The translations under genes were made by a program, and so were the position numbers. From positions 1 through 64,000 of the forward strand of contig JALDZS010000045.1 of assembly GCA_022813965.1 (NCBI GenBank): a stretch of 64,000 nucleotides of DNA, given 5' to 3'. This DNA is from Toensbergia leucococca (lineage: Eukaryota). The notes under the pieces are model-generated. The model had not been told where the DNA came from. It worked only from the letters and a program-made list of their open reading frames with translations, and made no database searches. This document shows positions 1 to 11,915 of the stretch, in pieces (the first letter of the stretch is position 1; every line of letters begins with the position of its first letter).

Positions 1-147
1 TTTTCAAGAGACCGTCGTTTGCTCTCCGATAAACCTCATAAAAGGTTGACTCAAGCACACCCAGTGCTAGGTTCCTCACGACTTTCAGCAAGATATCGCT
101 CATCTTTGATCCCATCAAGTACATGGTTCGGATATATTGCTGTTGTA

Positions 148-1539
148 TCACGAATCCAAATCAAGCCATAGATTGGGATCCGATTCCTCGTCAATGGCAA
201 ATGTCCCCAGCAGTGGATTTACCGAAGACGAAGGTAATCCAAGTTTATCATCGAACGATCCCATCAGGTCAGTGATCCCGGCACTTTCGTAGAATATATG
301 ACCTGTGGATGGTTGGGGCCACTGTCTTGAATCCAGCGATAATGGATCCTTCGCATTGATTACTTGCAAAGGCCACTCTATTGCCCATAAACACTCTCTG
401 GGCATCAAAGACTCAATGCCTCGAATTTCATACTCAGGCACCCCCTGCAGCCACCAGACTCCTTCAACAAATTTCATCATAGCAAAATAATAAGCCAAGA
501 TTGCCATTGCTAGTGGTTCTTGATTTTCGAGAAAATTGGCAAATTCAGACGGGATGAAGGCCGCTGTTCCTGAAAGCTGTCTCCTAATGGATTCTGCAGA
601 GCCATTTCGTTCATATTCTTCACAAATAAGATCAATACAGCTTAGTGCAGTGACATATACTTCTTCTTTCTCGGAACCCTCCTCCCCGGCACCAAGGCCA
701 TTTAGAAGCGCACTGAATTTCTTGCGAGTCTTTTGTGCAGTCTTCTCGTTTCGAACTAACTCTTCTAGTTTACCCATAGCATTCCCTCGAAGAAAAATCA
801 TCATAGTCGAGCTGGGGATCCATTGCCTTGACGCAAGCATCACATTTCGGAGGCCTCGTGTCATACGAAACAATTCAACAGGTAAAGTATAGATATCTTT
901 TGAAGAAAAGTGGCGTAGTCTTGAGAGTAATGTGATCATCACACCAGTAACCCAAACAGGGTCAATACTGTTTTGGTTGAGACGCGGTATAGCATTACGA
1001 TATTTGGATATGGCATTGCCCATGTGACGATGTGTAGCAGCTTTCAAAGCTGGGTCCTCTACTTTCAGCTGATGTAAATGAAAGGCAGCGATAGCCATGA
1101 GAGAGTGTAAAACATAGTCATGTTGAAAAGCAAGTTGAGGTACAGAAACAGACCAGGTACCTTGAGCAAAGGGGAGAAGAAGACTAGTCGAGGTAAGGTA
1201 GTGGTGAAACAGTCGCAAATCGAGAATGGAGAAGTTCTCGGTCGGAGCTGCACCGAGACCGGGCGGACATGGTGATATTCTGGAGGATAATGGCAATCGT
1301 GATTCTGGTGACAATCTTTGAGCAGAGCTGTCTCTACTCGGCAAAGGGGCATAGTCGCAGCTCGCGTTATGCCTAACGCAATTGCTGCAGATGGGGCGCG
1401 TCTCATCACACTGACAAGGTATTAGTGGAATTTAGGATGCTGCGGACCTCGTACTCGTATGAGTACACACCTTGACTTTCCGCAACTTGCAGGTCCGGCA
1501 TCCAGTAAAAGACTTCTTGTGCCACCTTCTGGGTGCCAT
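148..1539 (-). CDS. Zn(II)2Cys6 transcription factor with fungal TF middle-homology region (Upc2/Ecm22-like)
   Basis: Exon 1 (1539-1471) MAPRRWHKKSFTGCRTCKLRKVK, GT..AG intron 1470-1411, exon 2 CDETRPICSNCVRHNASCDY continuing into the 398-aa ORF. Full six-Cys binuclear cluster; DLRLFHHY and WWLQG-type motifs typical of this TF group. Confidence 0.9.
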
Positions 1540-1983
1540 TGCTGTCTATGCAAAATTTCATGTATGATGCAACAAGTTTACCGTGCAAAGATTAAAGGAA
1601 AAGATAAATAAACGCAGAGAATGGCATGGTGACAGTTTAGTGAGATTTCCTCCCGTGCTGAGCCACAATCCACTTCAAATCTGATTTTCAGCTCCGAGTT
1701 TGACTTCGACTAGGCCCATCTTCATGTCTTCATTAAGCAACAATGACATGAAGTGGATGCTACGGGATTTCATTTCACCTGCGTTATGAAGAGCCGTCTG
1801 TGAAATCCAGTAACGACGAGATGCAGTATCATGCCAATTACAGATACTACTCTTTCACAGCACCATAGAGTTGTGACAATGTGGATTGGTAGTTTGAGTG
1901 GTTTATGACTCATTTTTTTCATCTACTAGCATCTGAGCCACTATCACTTTACATTGCAGCTCGACCCTTTTCCCCTTGACATC

Positions 1984-2682
1984 TCAATAGAAGAAACCAA
2001 TGATTTTTCCTGCGACGTGTTTTCGTCTTGCCTCTTCGTGATCCATTATACCGGATGACGTTGTGAGCACGATATACCCAAATTGACGTGAAGGTAACAG
2101 CTTGACGACCCATTTCTCGAAATCACCAATACGGACATTGTAGCGGGGAGAGATGACGCCGGTCTTGTTGAGGCTATCGACAGAGGGGTATTAGTAGAAT
2201 GCTCCTGATGATTAGAAGAGGGTGTAGGAATGTACATACCGGCCATTGAGCTGGATGACAATCTTGCCTGATCGATGGTCGTCGACTTCTTCGAATTCCC
2301 CAATGTAATCTAACAATAGCAGAGTCAGTCATGTTACGATCGATTAAACGTTGGACGTCAGGAGACAAATCGGAGAACGTGTAAGAATCTTCGCAAGAAT
2401 GATTGATTTATCGGATACTTAAAGGGCAAAGGTCGTGGAGTGGGTTTGATGGTTGAGACCATTGCCTAGTTATCAACCCGATGTTTATGCTGGGGCATGA
2501 AATCTGCGCTGAAAAAAGGCGACCCGTCGCCAGTAGATTTCCAACGTACCGTGTTTCTGCATGACGCTCAAGAACTTCACGATGACTTTTGAGCTGGGTC
2601 GGATAAGGACTTGACGCTTTCCGGCCTTCTCGGCGTTGTTGATGGCGTTAAGCGCATCATTCAAGACACTGGTTTTGACCAT
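1984..2682 (-). CDS. rps22: 40S ribosomal protein S22 (uS8/S15A)
   Basis: Exons 2682-2550, 2309-2240 and 2173-1984 splice to [81 protein letters not shown]...[11 protein letters not shown], the canonical uS8 sequence. Confidence 0.98.
2329..2482 (-). ncRNA. snR44: Intronic box H/ACA snoRNA, snR44-like
   Basis: Lies in the 240-nt rps22 intron 1. First stem closed by ATCGG/CCGAT, H box AAATCA, ACA box just upstream of the branch region. Pocket guides GATAACT+TTTAA and TTCTTACA+TTTAA; each 3' guide starts 14 nt before its H or ACA box. Yeast snR44 is hosted in an RPS22B intron. Confidence 0.88.
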
Positions 2683-3222
2683 GTTGGCGGTGAGATTCTC
2701 AGCTCGATAATCGGAGGTGAGGTATCTAATGTGATTGTAGAGAAAGAGTGTTAGCCTTCGAGAGCCTTGAGCGCAAAGAGTGCCCTCCTCAAAGGGTTCT
2801 TCAGCCCATGATGTTGCTGGAAGAGGAAGCGTATCGTGGTGCGATTCTATGCGATGGCTGTGTCGATACTCGCAACACGATTGCTTCTCTTCGGCTCAGG
2901 AAGGAGAGTCCCTGATGAAAGTAATCTGTGAAGACATACCTCGAAAAAAGCTGGGAATGGTAAATATCGAAAGAAGTGAAATGTCCGAATCAAATGCCAA
3001 GATACGGAACTCATGAGATTTTCAGAATATAGTGTGTGCCACTCCGTAGCCCTAGCCCTAGATCTTATCTTATCCGCCGCCGAGACTTGAGACAAATATC
3101 GTCATTGCAGCGCGTTCATCTTGACCGAGTTTCAATGGTAGCAACATGCAGCGGAGCAATCTCTTTCTCCATATCTATTAATCTCCTACTTGAAGCGTCT
3201 TCTCAAAGGCTAAGTCTCGACT

Positions 3223-4198
3223 ATGATAGAAGAAGCATGCTGCACCTGCGCAACATTATTGTCTGCTATTACGCCACAATATGACCAAAAGACTGAAAAG
3301 CCCATAGCCCAGGACCGTCGACTAGAATGTTGCGGAAGGCTGATATGCGGGAAATGCATAGCTGTATACCTCCCTATGCGCTTCAATATATTCTCACAGG
3401 CCGATCACTAATACCCGAGGAATCAGGAGAACTCCCGCTTTGCAACCTACTGTAAGTATGCCCCTACTCCAGTCATAGTATACTTTTTCAACCATTCTTT
3501 CCAGGTCCCTTCTGTCAAGTATCCAGCGCTCCAACATCACTACCTCAAGGGCTGCGTGATCCCCCTGCCTACTCCCCATCTTCGTCACCTCGCTGCTTCG
3601 CCACCCCACCACCTTCTTCAATAAATGACTTGCCTCCCTCCTACTCATCCCTCGATAAGCGTACCGTGGCCACTGAAAAGGATCCTTTGACGGTGGGAGA
3701 GCCTGCGGAAGATGTATTGCATTTCCTTGATCCCACTCACGACACCATTTCCTCCCTATCTTTACGGTATAACGTACCTCCGAATTCACTTAGACGAACC
3801 AACAGCCTATATGCGGATCATCTTCTTGCAGCTCGGAGGACAGTTTTGATACCTGGGGAATTCTACAAAGGAGGCGTCAGCCTGAGTCCGCGTCCGGTGG
3901 AGGGTGAAGAAGAGGAAATTCGCAAGAGTAAGGTTAGGAGATGGATGGTAGCATGTAAAGTAGCCGAGTAAGCTTTGAGTCATATCCATGATTCCTTTGA
4001 AAGGTCATGAAGATCGTCCAAATACAGAGGCTAACCACTTATTTGAGCTTTCCCCTTCGGCACAGATATGACGTAGCCCTCCTCTACCTTCAACAACATT
4101 CGTACGACCTGGACGGCGCTATCGAAGCATTCAAAGCGGATGAGAAATGGGAGAAGGAGCATCCGATGGCTACGAAAGCCAAAGGCAAAACAAAATAA
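3223..4198 (+). CDS. Intracellular LysM-domain protein with N-terminal RING-like Cys cluster and C-terminal UBA-like helices
   Basis: Four exons (about 3223-3363, 3428-3451, 3505-3967, 4066-4198). CCTC...CCGRLICGKC...YCPFCQ; LysM-like HFLDPTHDTISSLSLRYNVPPNSLRRTNSL...RRTVLIP; C-terminal YDVALLYLQQHSYDLDGAIEAF. No signal peptide. Confidence 0.85.
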
Positions 4199-4843
4199 AC
4201 TTTCGGAAGACGAACGCTATGATCTAGGCGGGCATGAGCTAGAACGTCTGATACAGCGCAGAGAAGCCTGTAATAACGGCGGAGAAGATGATTTGGCCGC
4301 CAAGCCAGCCTTCACACATCTAACTGCTTCAACAAAAACCATGATGCGACAGATGACAACGATAACGGTGACTGTCAGCAAGAAAGCGCTGCAGCGAAGA
4401 CGAAGAGGGTGACACGCACAAGACACGTCTATAGGTATGAAAGCGCACAATGATTTCATGAGAATGATTTAGTGCCAGCACAGTTTGCATTTTCAAGTCA
4501 ACGTCTTTCGTGGGGAGGAGGTGGTGAATTGCAGAGTACCCACTTATTTGTACCAACATGTATATATTTCATCTAGTATTTCTTCCGCATAGGCAATCGG
4601 CATTACTTCTTTCACGTCATTGAGTTGACGAAATTAAAGAGACCCTGAGTAGATAACTCAACCGCCTTACCTGATCCAGATGCAATCTCTTCCCGCATGT
4701 TACCTACTTCATTGACGTGTTTTCTTTTTCCTTCTCTTTCTTTCACTGTCAAAGAATCTATCTCAATTTTCTTCGATACACCCCAACTTATATCTTCTAG
4801 CTCTTATATCATCAGCCTATCGTACACTCCAGGAAGCTTCACA

Positions 4844-5308
4844 ATGTTAGAGCATCATCCCGAATACAAGATTTTAGTATGTCCGTTGCGCAAGCAGGCC
4901 GTGTCAAATGCCAGAGAGCACACCTTAGCAGTTGCGATGGTATCACAGGAGAAGGAAGAGAGATCAGTGAAAGAATCTACTGCAAGGACCAGTAGATCGC
5001 TTCGATCGTCCAGCCTTCGGGAAGCGTTCCGATACCATTTCTACGGTCTACTCACCTTGGCTTTTCCTGTCATGATTATTTCTTCCTCACCACCATATAG
5101 GCTATGCTGCACCAAACACCAACATGATGTTGATGATCAGCAAACACCAGAATGGGTAACCTCAGCTCTTACAGCGAACCATGTAGAGCCAGTCACCGTG
5201 CAGACATTCTACCCATTCCCAAATGCCAAGTGGTTCACAGTTGATTCCCAGGCGCCGGACTCTATTACGGACTACATCTCGCACTCGGGCTCTGGCTACC
5301 AACTCTGA
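4844..5308 (+). pseudogene. Degenerate OrsD/DUF3505-like fragment
   Basis: MLEHHPEYKILVCPLRKQAV and VQTFYPFPNAKWFTV resemble the start and end motifs of this domain. The middle motif (VPIPFLRSTHLGFSCHDY...) is in another frame followed by stops, implying frameshifts. Confidence 0.5.
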
Positions 5309-6635
5309 GATTATTGATAATTCAATGCTCAGAAAAAAAGTTGAAAGTCGAGAGAAAAAAACCTTCGGGGGACAAGGGCAATGGTACCATCAATTCTCGG
5401 GGAAAAAGACAAAAATTAGAGTGATATAAGTTAAATACAAAGAACGTTAGCCTCAGTCAAAAAAAGCACACAATTCAAAGCATCGTTTCCTTGTTTCCAA
5501 ATTACCATCGGAGATCACATTTGTGAATAAAAGGGGCGCGCCGATTAAACCTACTTCGCTATCCCCTAGACGAAGCACGAGCAGACGAGCATGAACGATT
5601 TGGTGAGGTCCGAGAATACAGATAGAGAGCGAAGTAATTGAGAAAGCTGCGCTGAATGAATATATGAAGGATTATTACTCATACTCTGACCCTCAAGCTG
5701 AGATTCGCAGCGATTTCCATACCTCGCAAGGGGGCACACACTGACACACAAGCCATTAACTCAGCTCAGCTCAGCTCCACAAACCCCAATGTTGAAAAAC
5801 AATCTCCAATTCTCCTACACCAGTACTCAACATCCAAATTCATACCAACACAGAAGAAATTTGCACAACCGGCATCCAATCCTTCATAAATCTTCTATAC
5901 AGCCTGAAGAGACTCACAAGCACATCACCAGAAAAAAACGTAGGCCTGATCTGGTCTAGTCTACAAAACCGTGAAAGAAGCAAGGCCCCAAGACCAAGAA
6001 ATGAGATGACATCTCTCACAGGTTCCGGACAAAAAGATGAATCTCTCACAGATATCCGGACCAAAAGATGTGTGATGGATATCATTTACTTCTGAGAGCC
6101 TTGGAATTTGTGTCACACGACTTCCTGAGGCAGATGTTTGTTGCGAAAAAGACCCATTGAAAGCCTGCGCTTTGATCTGCAATTCATCTTGAGTGACACG
6201 GATGATGATGATGATCAGGCCCCTCACATCTTCTCAGAATCTCTTTTTTCCCTTAAAAAAAACAGCTAAATCAGCATCAACCTCTTCAAGACAGAAAAAA
6301 ATTACAACATAAAACCATTCTTCAATACCTCAACCATCCTTAAAGAATCCAAAAAAAATACACCCCCCCCCCAAAAAAAGAACAAAACACAAAAAGTTGA
6401 AGATAAAAAGGCTTAAGGGTACCCTCATCACCAAAATCAAACCCCGGAATTAATACAAATCTATAGTGATAAACAAAATGCACGCCTCTATCAGCCCCTC
6501 AAAATCTCAGCTGAAGAGCATGACAAAGCGCAGCAACCACCGGTCAAAGAACAGAAGCACCCAGTACACACACTCGGAAATTGAAAACTCTCACCGCAAA
6601 CGCCCGCCCCCCCAAACTCCCCCCAATCCCCAAAG

Positions 6636-9591
6636 TCAATATTCCACAATTTTAATCCGCGCCCTCAACTCCTCAGGCAGCTCCTCCCTCCCCACAATCC
6701 CATACCTGACCGCATCGCCCCAGAACAACATGGCCCTCTCCTGCGCATACCCCAAATAATCGAATTCATCATCGTCCTCTTCGCCTTCCTCGGGCCGCTT
6801 ATCCAGCCCCTCATGCACCGTGCCTATCTTCTCATCCGTCAGCCCATGAGAGCCAAGTGCCCCCTCACCGCGACCATCTTCCGAATCCTCTGCCTCCGCC
6901 GCCGTCTCAGGAACTTTAGCCTGCACAATTCCCCACGCAACCCACTGCGCCGAATTCGCCATCCGCCACAACCTCGCCTCGTGCATCAAGCGCTCGATTT
7001 CCATCTCGGTGGCTTCCTCGCGGCGGCTTTCCTCTTCGGCGATCTGAGCGGGCGGAGCGCGAGAGTCGAGCATGAAGGATGAGATGGAGTTTGAGGGGCC
7101 CGGCGTGGCGGGGATGGTGGAAGGGTGATTGGGGTGGTGTTGGACATAGGATTTTAGGAAGCGATACTGTTCGGCGGGGGTGGGGTAGGAGGTTGAGTGC
7201 AGGGCGTAGGGGATTTTGGAGTCGTGGTAGTTGTAGCACCATTCTGTCTGTTTGGTAGGGAGGGAGGTCAGTGTCTAGTTTGGGGAGGAGAGCAACGGTG
7301 ATTTGAGACGTACAAAATGGTTTGCGAACTCTAGACCTGGGATGTTGGCGGAGGCGTATTCGAAATCGATGACTATGAGCTGCTTGTGTTCGTTTGCCGG
7401 GAGGAGAAGTGGGGATTCGCCACTCGGCGTCAGGCGAAGGAGGTTTCCGTACTGAGTCTTGAAGCTATCAGCATCTGGGTGAACAAGACCCTACTGAGCA
7501 CTCAGTGGAGAGAGACTCACATCGTTATGCGCAAACACTAACTCCTGCCTGATTCTCTCCGTACCCCCGCACTGTCCGATCAGCCACCCCCGGTATTTCT
7601 CCACCGCACGCCGAAAAAAGTTCCATTCAACCCCACACACAAGCCCCCGCTTCATCCAATCCTCGGACCTTACCAGGCCACCCCCTTGCTTCCGTGTCAG
7701 AATCTGCCGATCAACCCGCATAATCACTTCCTCGCACTTATCCACCCACTTGTCCCAATTACGCCAAACAAACGGTCCGCTGTTTCGCTCTTCCTCGAGG
7801 AGTTCGATGCCATCATGTAGCTCTCGCATACGCTTTGCAATCTGCTTTGACGTCTCTGGGTTGCGAATATCGGTGGCGGTTAGGGTGCGTGCGTTGAAAA
7901 ATTGTTCAAAGCGTCCATTGGTGAAAGTTCCAAGGAGGCAAGGGCCTATTTTTTTACGGGCTAGGCGTCGCAGGATGGCGAGTTCGCTTTCGCGGTCTAT
8001 GAGGTGGGCTACCTGGGGGCCATAGATGCGGAGGAGGAGCTTTCTGCGGGCAAGGGGGTCAGTCGCTGGATCGGTAGCCTCAATCACTTGTAGAAGGTCG
8101 GTAGAAAGTTGCTGGAAACAAAAGTGGAGAGCAACAACAGAAGATACTGATTTGCTCATATCTTCGTTTAGTATTGAAATAAAGGAAATCGGAATATAGC
8201 ATCGAAAGAGGTACTCAGATGTTGAAATTATCTCAACAAGGCTTTTTCGAGGGCTGACAGAGAATTAAATTAGGGAGCACTTACGGTGGTGGCTTCATTG
8301 AGACAAAAGATGGATTGTTGCTTTGGTTGTTTGAGGATGTTTCTGGTAAGCCTGTTGGCGGCGAGACGACGTAGACGGCGTTGGTCAAGGCACCACTTAG
8401 GCGTTCGACTTCGATGTCGCCACCACGGTCGAGAGGAACTCGTCTCCATCCTTTCAACCTCAAAGTATGGGCTAGACGTACAATCTCGTTCTTAAACAGT
8501 AGCCAAGCTTCCTTTTCTTTGACCGCTCGTTTGCTGTGGTCGTAGGTATTTGTAGCTAGTTCTGCGGCCCCACCAGAATAGCCAAGGGTTCTGGAATTGT
8601 CTAGAACGACTTCGGCGGTAGGCACAATAGGATCACCATCATAGTGTTCTGTGTCTGAAGAATATAGAGTTGATTTTTGTCTTAACCTCCGGTGAGAGGG
8701 TCGGCGTCTTGGAAAATATGATCCCTCTCTTTCTCTAGTGGGAGTGGTGGAATTGTCATGGTCTACAGTCTTACTCTCTGCGAGGATTTGGCCTAGCTTT
8801 TCCAACGCCAAAGATCCTTCAGATAGCTCCGAAGTACTTCTTTGGTGGCCAATACGGAGCTTCTTTGACTGATCAGTTCCATCTACGTTGACCGCATTGG
8901 CTGTGCTTGCTTTCTCGGCATTTCTCCTCGTCTTCTCCTGTTCAAGCCATTTGGACACTTTGGAAATGACTTGATTAGAATAGTGATGTTTATCTGGTAT
9001 AGGGTCAGGCAGGTAATCCAGAGATGTTTTAGATTTAGATCTCATAGGGATAGGGTAAGTGGTTTGGCTTGTGTTGAACTGCAAGGATAAGTCTGAAGTC
9101 TTCATCATATTACGGCCCGATAAGCGTCTGGCAATATTGGCACGATGTTGTTTCGGGGTTTGTGAGAATGTAGAAATCAGAGCGTCGTCTTCAGCCATTG
9201 TGGGCCGTAGGGGTGGAGACATGCTCTCTGGTTCGGCTATGAAGACAGCTGAGTTTGGCAAAAAGGTAAGCTGATGTATGCGCTCCCGCCAAATCTGGCA
9301 TGGAGCGTCACTTAACATGTTCGCGAATAAAAGATGAGCATCAGACGTAGGAGGCCATTGTAGATGAAGCAGGGAATGTACGAATTCTTCTTGCAAGACT
9401 CGTTGCAACCTTAATAGAATTGCAGTAGTGAGTTTAATCAATGAGGTAGAATGTATCATGAGATGAAAAAAATATGTAGAGAGAAGCAACGAGTCTTCTC
9501 GGGTTGGAGAGATGCGTAGTAACGACTCACCTTTACTAGAATTATTTCTTGGGGTAAAGGCGGCCTCAGTTGGCTCTAGACTTGGTGGCAT
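6636..9591 (-). CDS. cki1: Choline/ethanolamine kinase
   Basis: Multi-exon (9591-9531, 9248-8285, 8043-~7520, ~7458-7314, ~7246-6636). Motifs RLSGALTNAVY, KLLLRIYGPQVAHLIDRESEL, Brenner motif FAHNDTQYGNLL, VIDFEYASAN, FANHFTEWCYNY, EFDYLGYAQERAMLFWG. Confidence 0.93.
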
Positions 9592-10329
9592 GACGACGGA
9601 AGAGTAGCACAAAACAGACTGTATCTAGCTGGATGAGAAGGTTGAATAAGTCAGTGTCAATGCATCCTCGGACTTGGATGTAGAATGGAGGTATCCATCA
9701 GGCAAATTGACTACCTATATTTAACTCCTCCACTGGTACGGATAAACAAACATGGAAAGTCGAAATTGGAAATCCGAAGTTCAAACAAGGTAATTAGCGT
9801 TAATCTAATCGCTTATCGGATGACCAGAGCCAGACTCCAGTTTATCAGAAAGTCAAGAAGACTCCACGACGATAAGCAGCTAGCCGACGTCGCTATGCAG
9901 GCCTGAAGCATGGCCAGTGCTACGTCGCTGCCGTCTCGGAGCAAACATGATAATGAGCGTCTACGTAGTATTTGTTGACCAAGGAGCCGGTGTCCACGAA
10001 TGGTGGAGGGCAAAATAGGATATGTGGATTCTATTATAGAATATTCTCGACTCCTCTCGCATTGAATCTGTTACGATACCCTCAACGAGCAAGAGGGATT
10101 CTCGTCGAAGTACTGAACCAGACGACGATAGAGTAGGCAAGCAGGTCGGTAATCGACATCTAGGTACTCGCACTCCGTATTCTACCGAGTATTCTACAGA
10201 GTACTCGTAGCATAAAACATTCTGCGCATCTCCGTTCGTTCCCGACACTCCAACGGTGAACCTGCATGCTTTCGCCGGGACATCTTTCTGCCGACAACAC
10301 CCCTCGACCACCTCGTCCCAACTCGCAAC

Positions 10330-11573
10330 ATGGTTCTCACCACCATCTATTTGACCAGACATGGAGTAAGCTCACGACTCTGCTTCGCCCTGTTACTATG
10401 TCTCTACATTCTCTTGCCACTGGCACGGAATCAAGACTCTGCGATTATTCTACGTCACGCGCATATACCCTTTCCAATGTCTATAGCTGACTCGGTGCTC
10501 GAAGTTCCGTGTCAATTGGACCTTGAATCCAGACACGGGCAAATACCATACGAACGTGCAATCGCCCACCAAAATTTCCTCGGACCCGCCGCTCGCTGCT
10601 TATGGCGTGGAGCAAGCTGAGCAGCTCGCTGAGGCACTGCTAAACCTGCACCCGAAGATCGACCGCTTCTACAGCAGCCCCTTTTACCGATGCTTGCAAA
10701 CCATACATCCAACCATCAAGAAGCTTCAAGGTAGCGTTGAGATTAGAGGTGACAATGGCTTGGGGTTATTCAATGTCCAATACCGCGCTCAAAGTCCATC
10801 CACTAATCTCTTTCTAGAGAGTGGTATGGTACAGCACGCTTCGACCATCCGTCGCCCGCCAGTCCTCCACTTCTACAAAGCTTGTTTCCATCCTATTCCT
10901 TGAAATACAAGCCTTCCATAATCCCTTCTGTCAGTGGTGAAACGCTTCAAGAGCTGCACGACCGGTGTGCCTACGCCATGACACACATCATTACCAATCT
11001 AGACCAGGAAGAAGGAGCACCAGAAGCCATTCTGATATGTACACATGCGGCATCACTGATTGCCATCGGTCGAGCTTTGACGGGCCGGATGCCGGAAAGT
11101 GCTGATGACCAAGATTTCAATCCCTACACTTGTGGTCTCTCAAAGTTCACAAGAAAAGATATCCCTGGCAAGGGAGATCACACAGGAATTGAAGAATGGA
11201 AACGAGGAGCGGGTATACCGAGAGTAGATTGGCGAGCCGGGAAGGGAATAGCTGGGGGGTGGGATTGTGTCCTGAATGGGGACTGCAGCCATCTGAAAGC
11301 TGGAGCAGAGCGCAACTGGTGAGTTGAAAGCTTCGCGTATGCCACGCGTTCTTCAATTCATTGTTGACCTCTTTACCTACTCAAGACTTTTGGAGAATTC
11401 GGTTCTCATATCTGACATGTCGTAGGCACTTTTCTGGCGATGAGTCATTTACAACCACTTCAGAGAGTGATTCAGCTGCCATCGAGTCCGCTGCAGTCTC
11501 AGGAGCTGAGAGCAGTAGTCACCCGAAAGGAGCACTGGGTGGCAATGACACTGGAGCAGGCTCGAAGCTCTAA
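10330..11573 (+). CDS. Histidine phosphatase / phosphoglycerate mutase family protein (TFIIIC tau55/Tfc7-like)
   Basis: MVLTTIYLTRHG (RHG motif), intron 10366-10504, then FRVNW...DPPLAAYGVEQA...YSSPFYRCLQT...GLGEWYG...ILICTHAA...GGWDCVLNGDCSHL...ERNW, last exon HFSGDESF to the stop at 11573. Confidence 0.88.
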
Positions 11574-11915
11574 AGCGAACCTACTATTAAAGGGGTCGAA
11601 GCTGAGGCAACGACTGAATGTTATAATTCGCGACGGCACTAGATGAGGGTAGCGGTAAACTCAAGGGAAGTATCACAAGAGCAATAGGTTTGATTCATAG
11701 ACTTGTTGTAATGAAGTCTATAAGTACTTTGAAGATGGTTTTAAACATAGTCTAGATTAATCAAAGAATCCATCAATGGTAATGGATCGAAACAGATCTA
11801 ACACTGCACCATTTTCAATTTTGCCTTCCATGACGCCACGGCAAATCATGGGCATTTGAGTACCTTACCCTTGAATTTCATTTCCGACAGTCCGATTCTC
11901 CCAAACCCTAATTAG

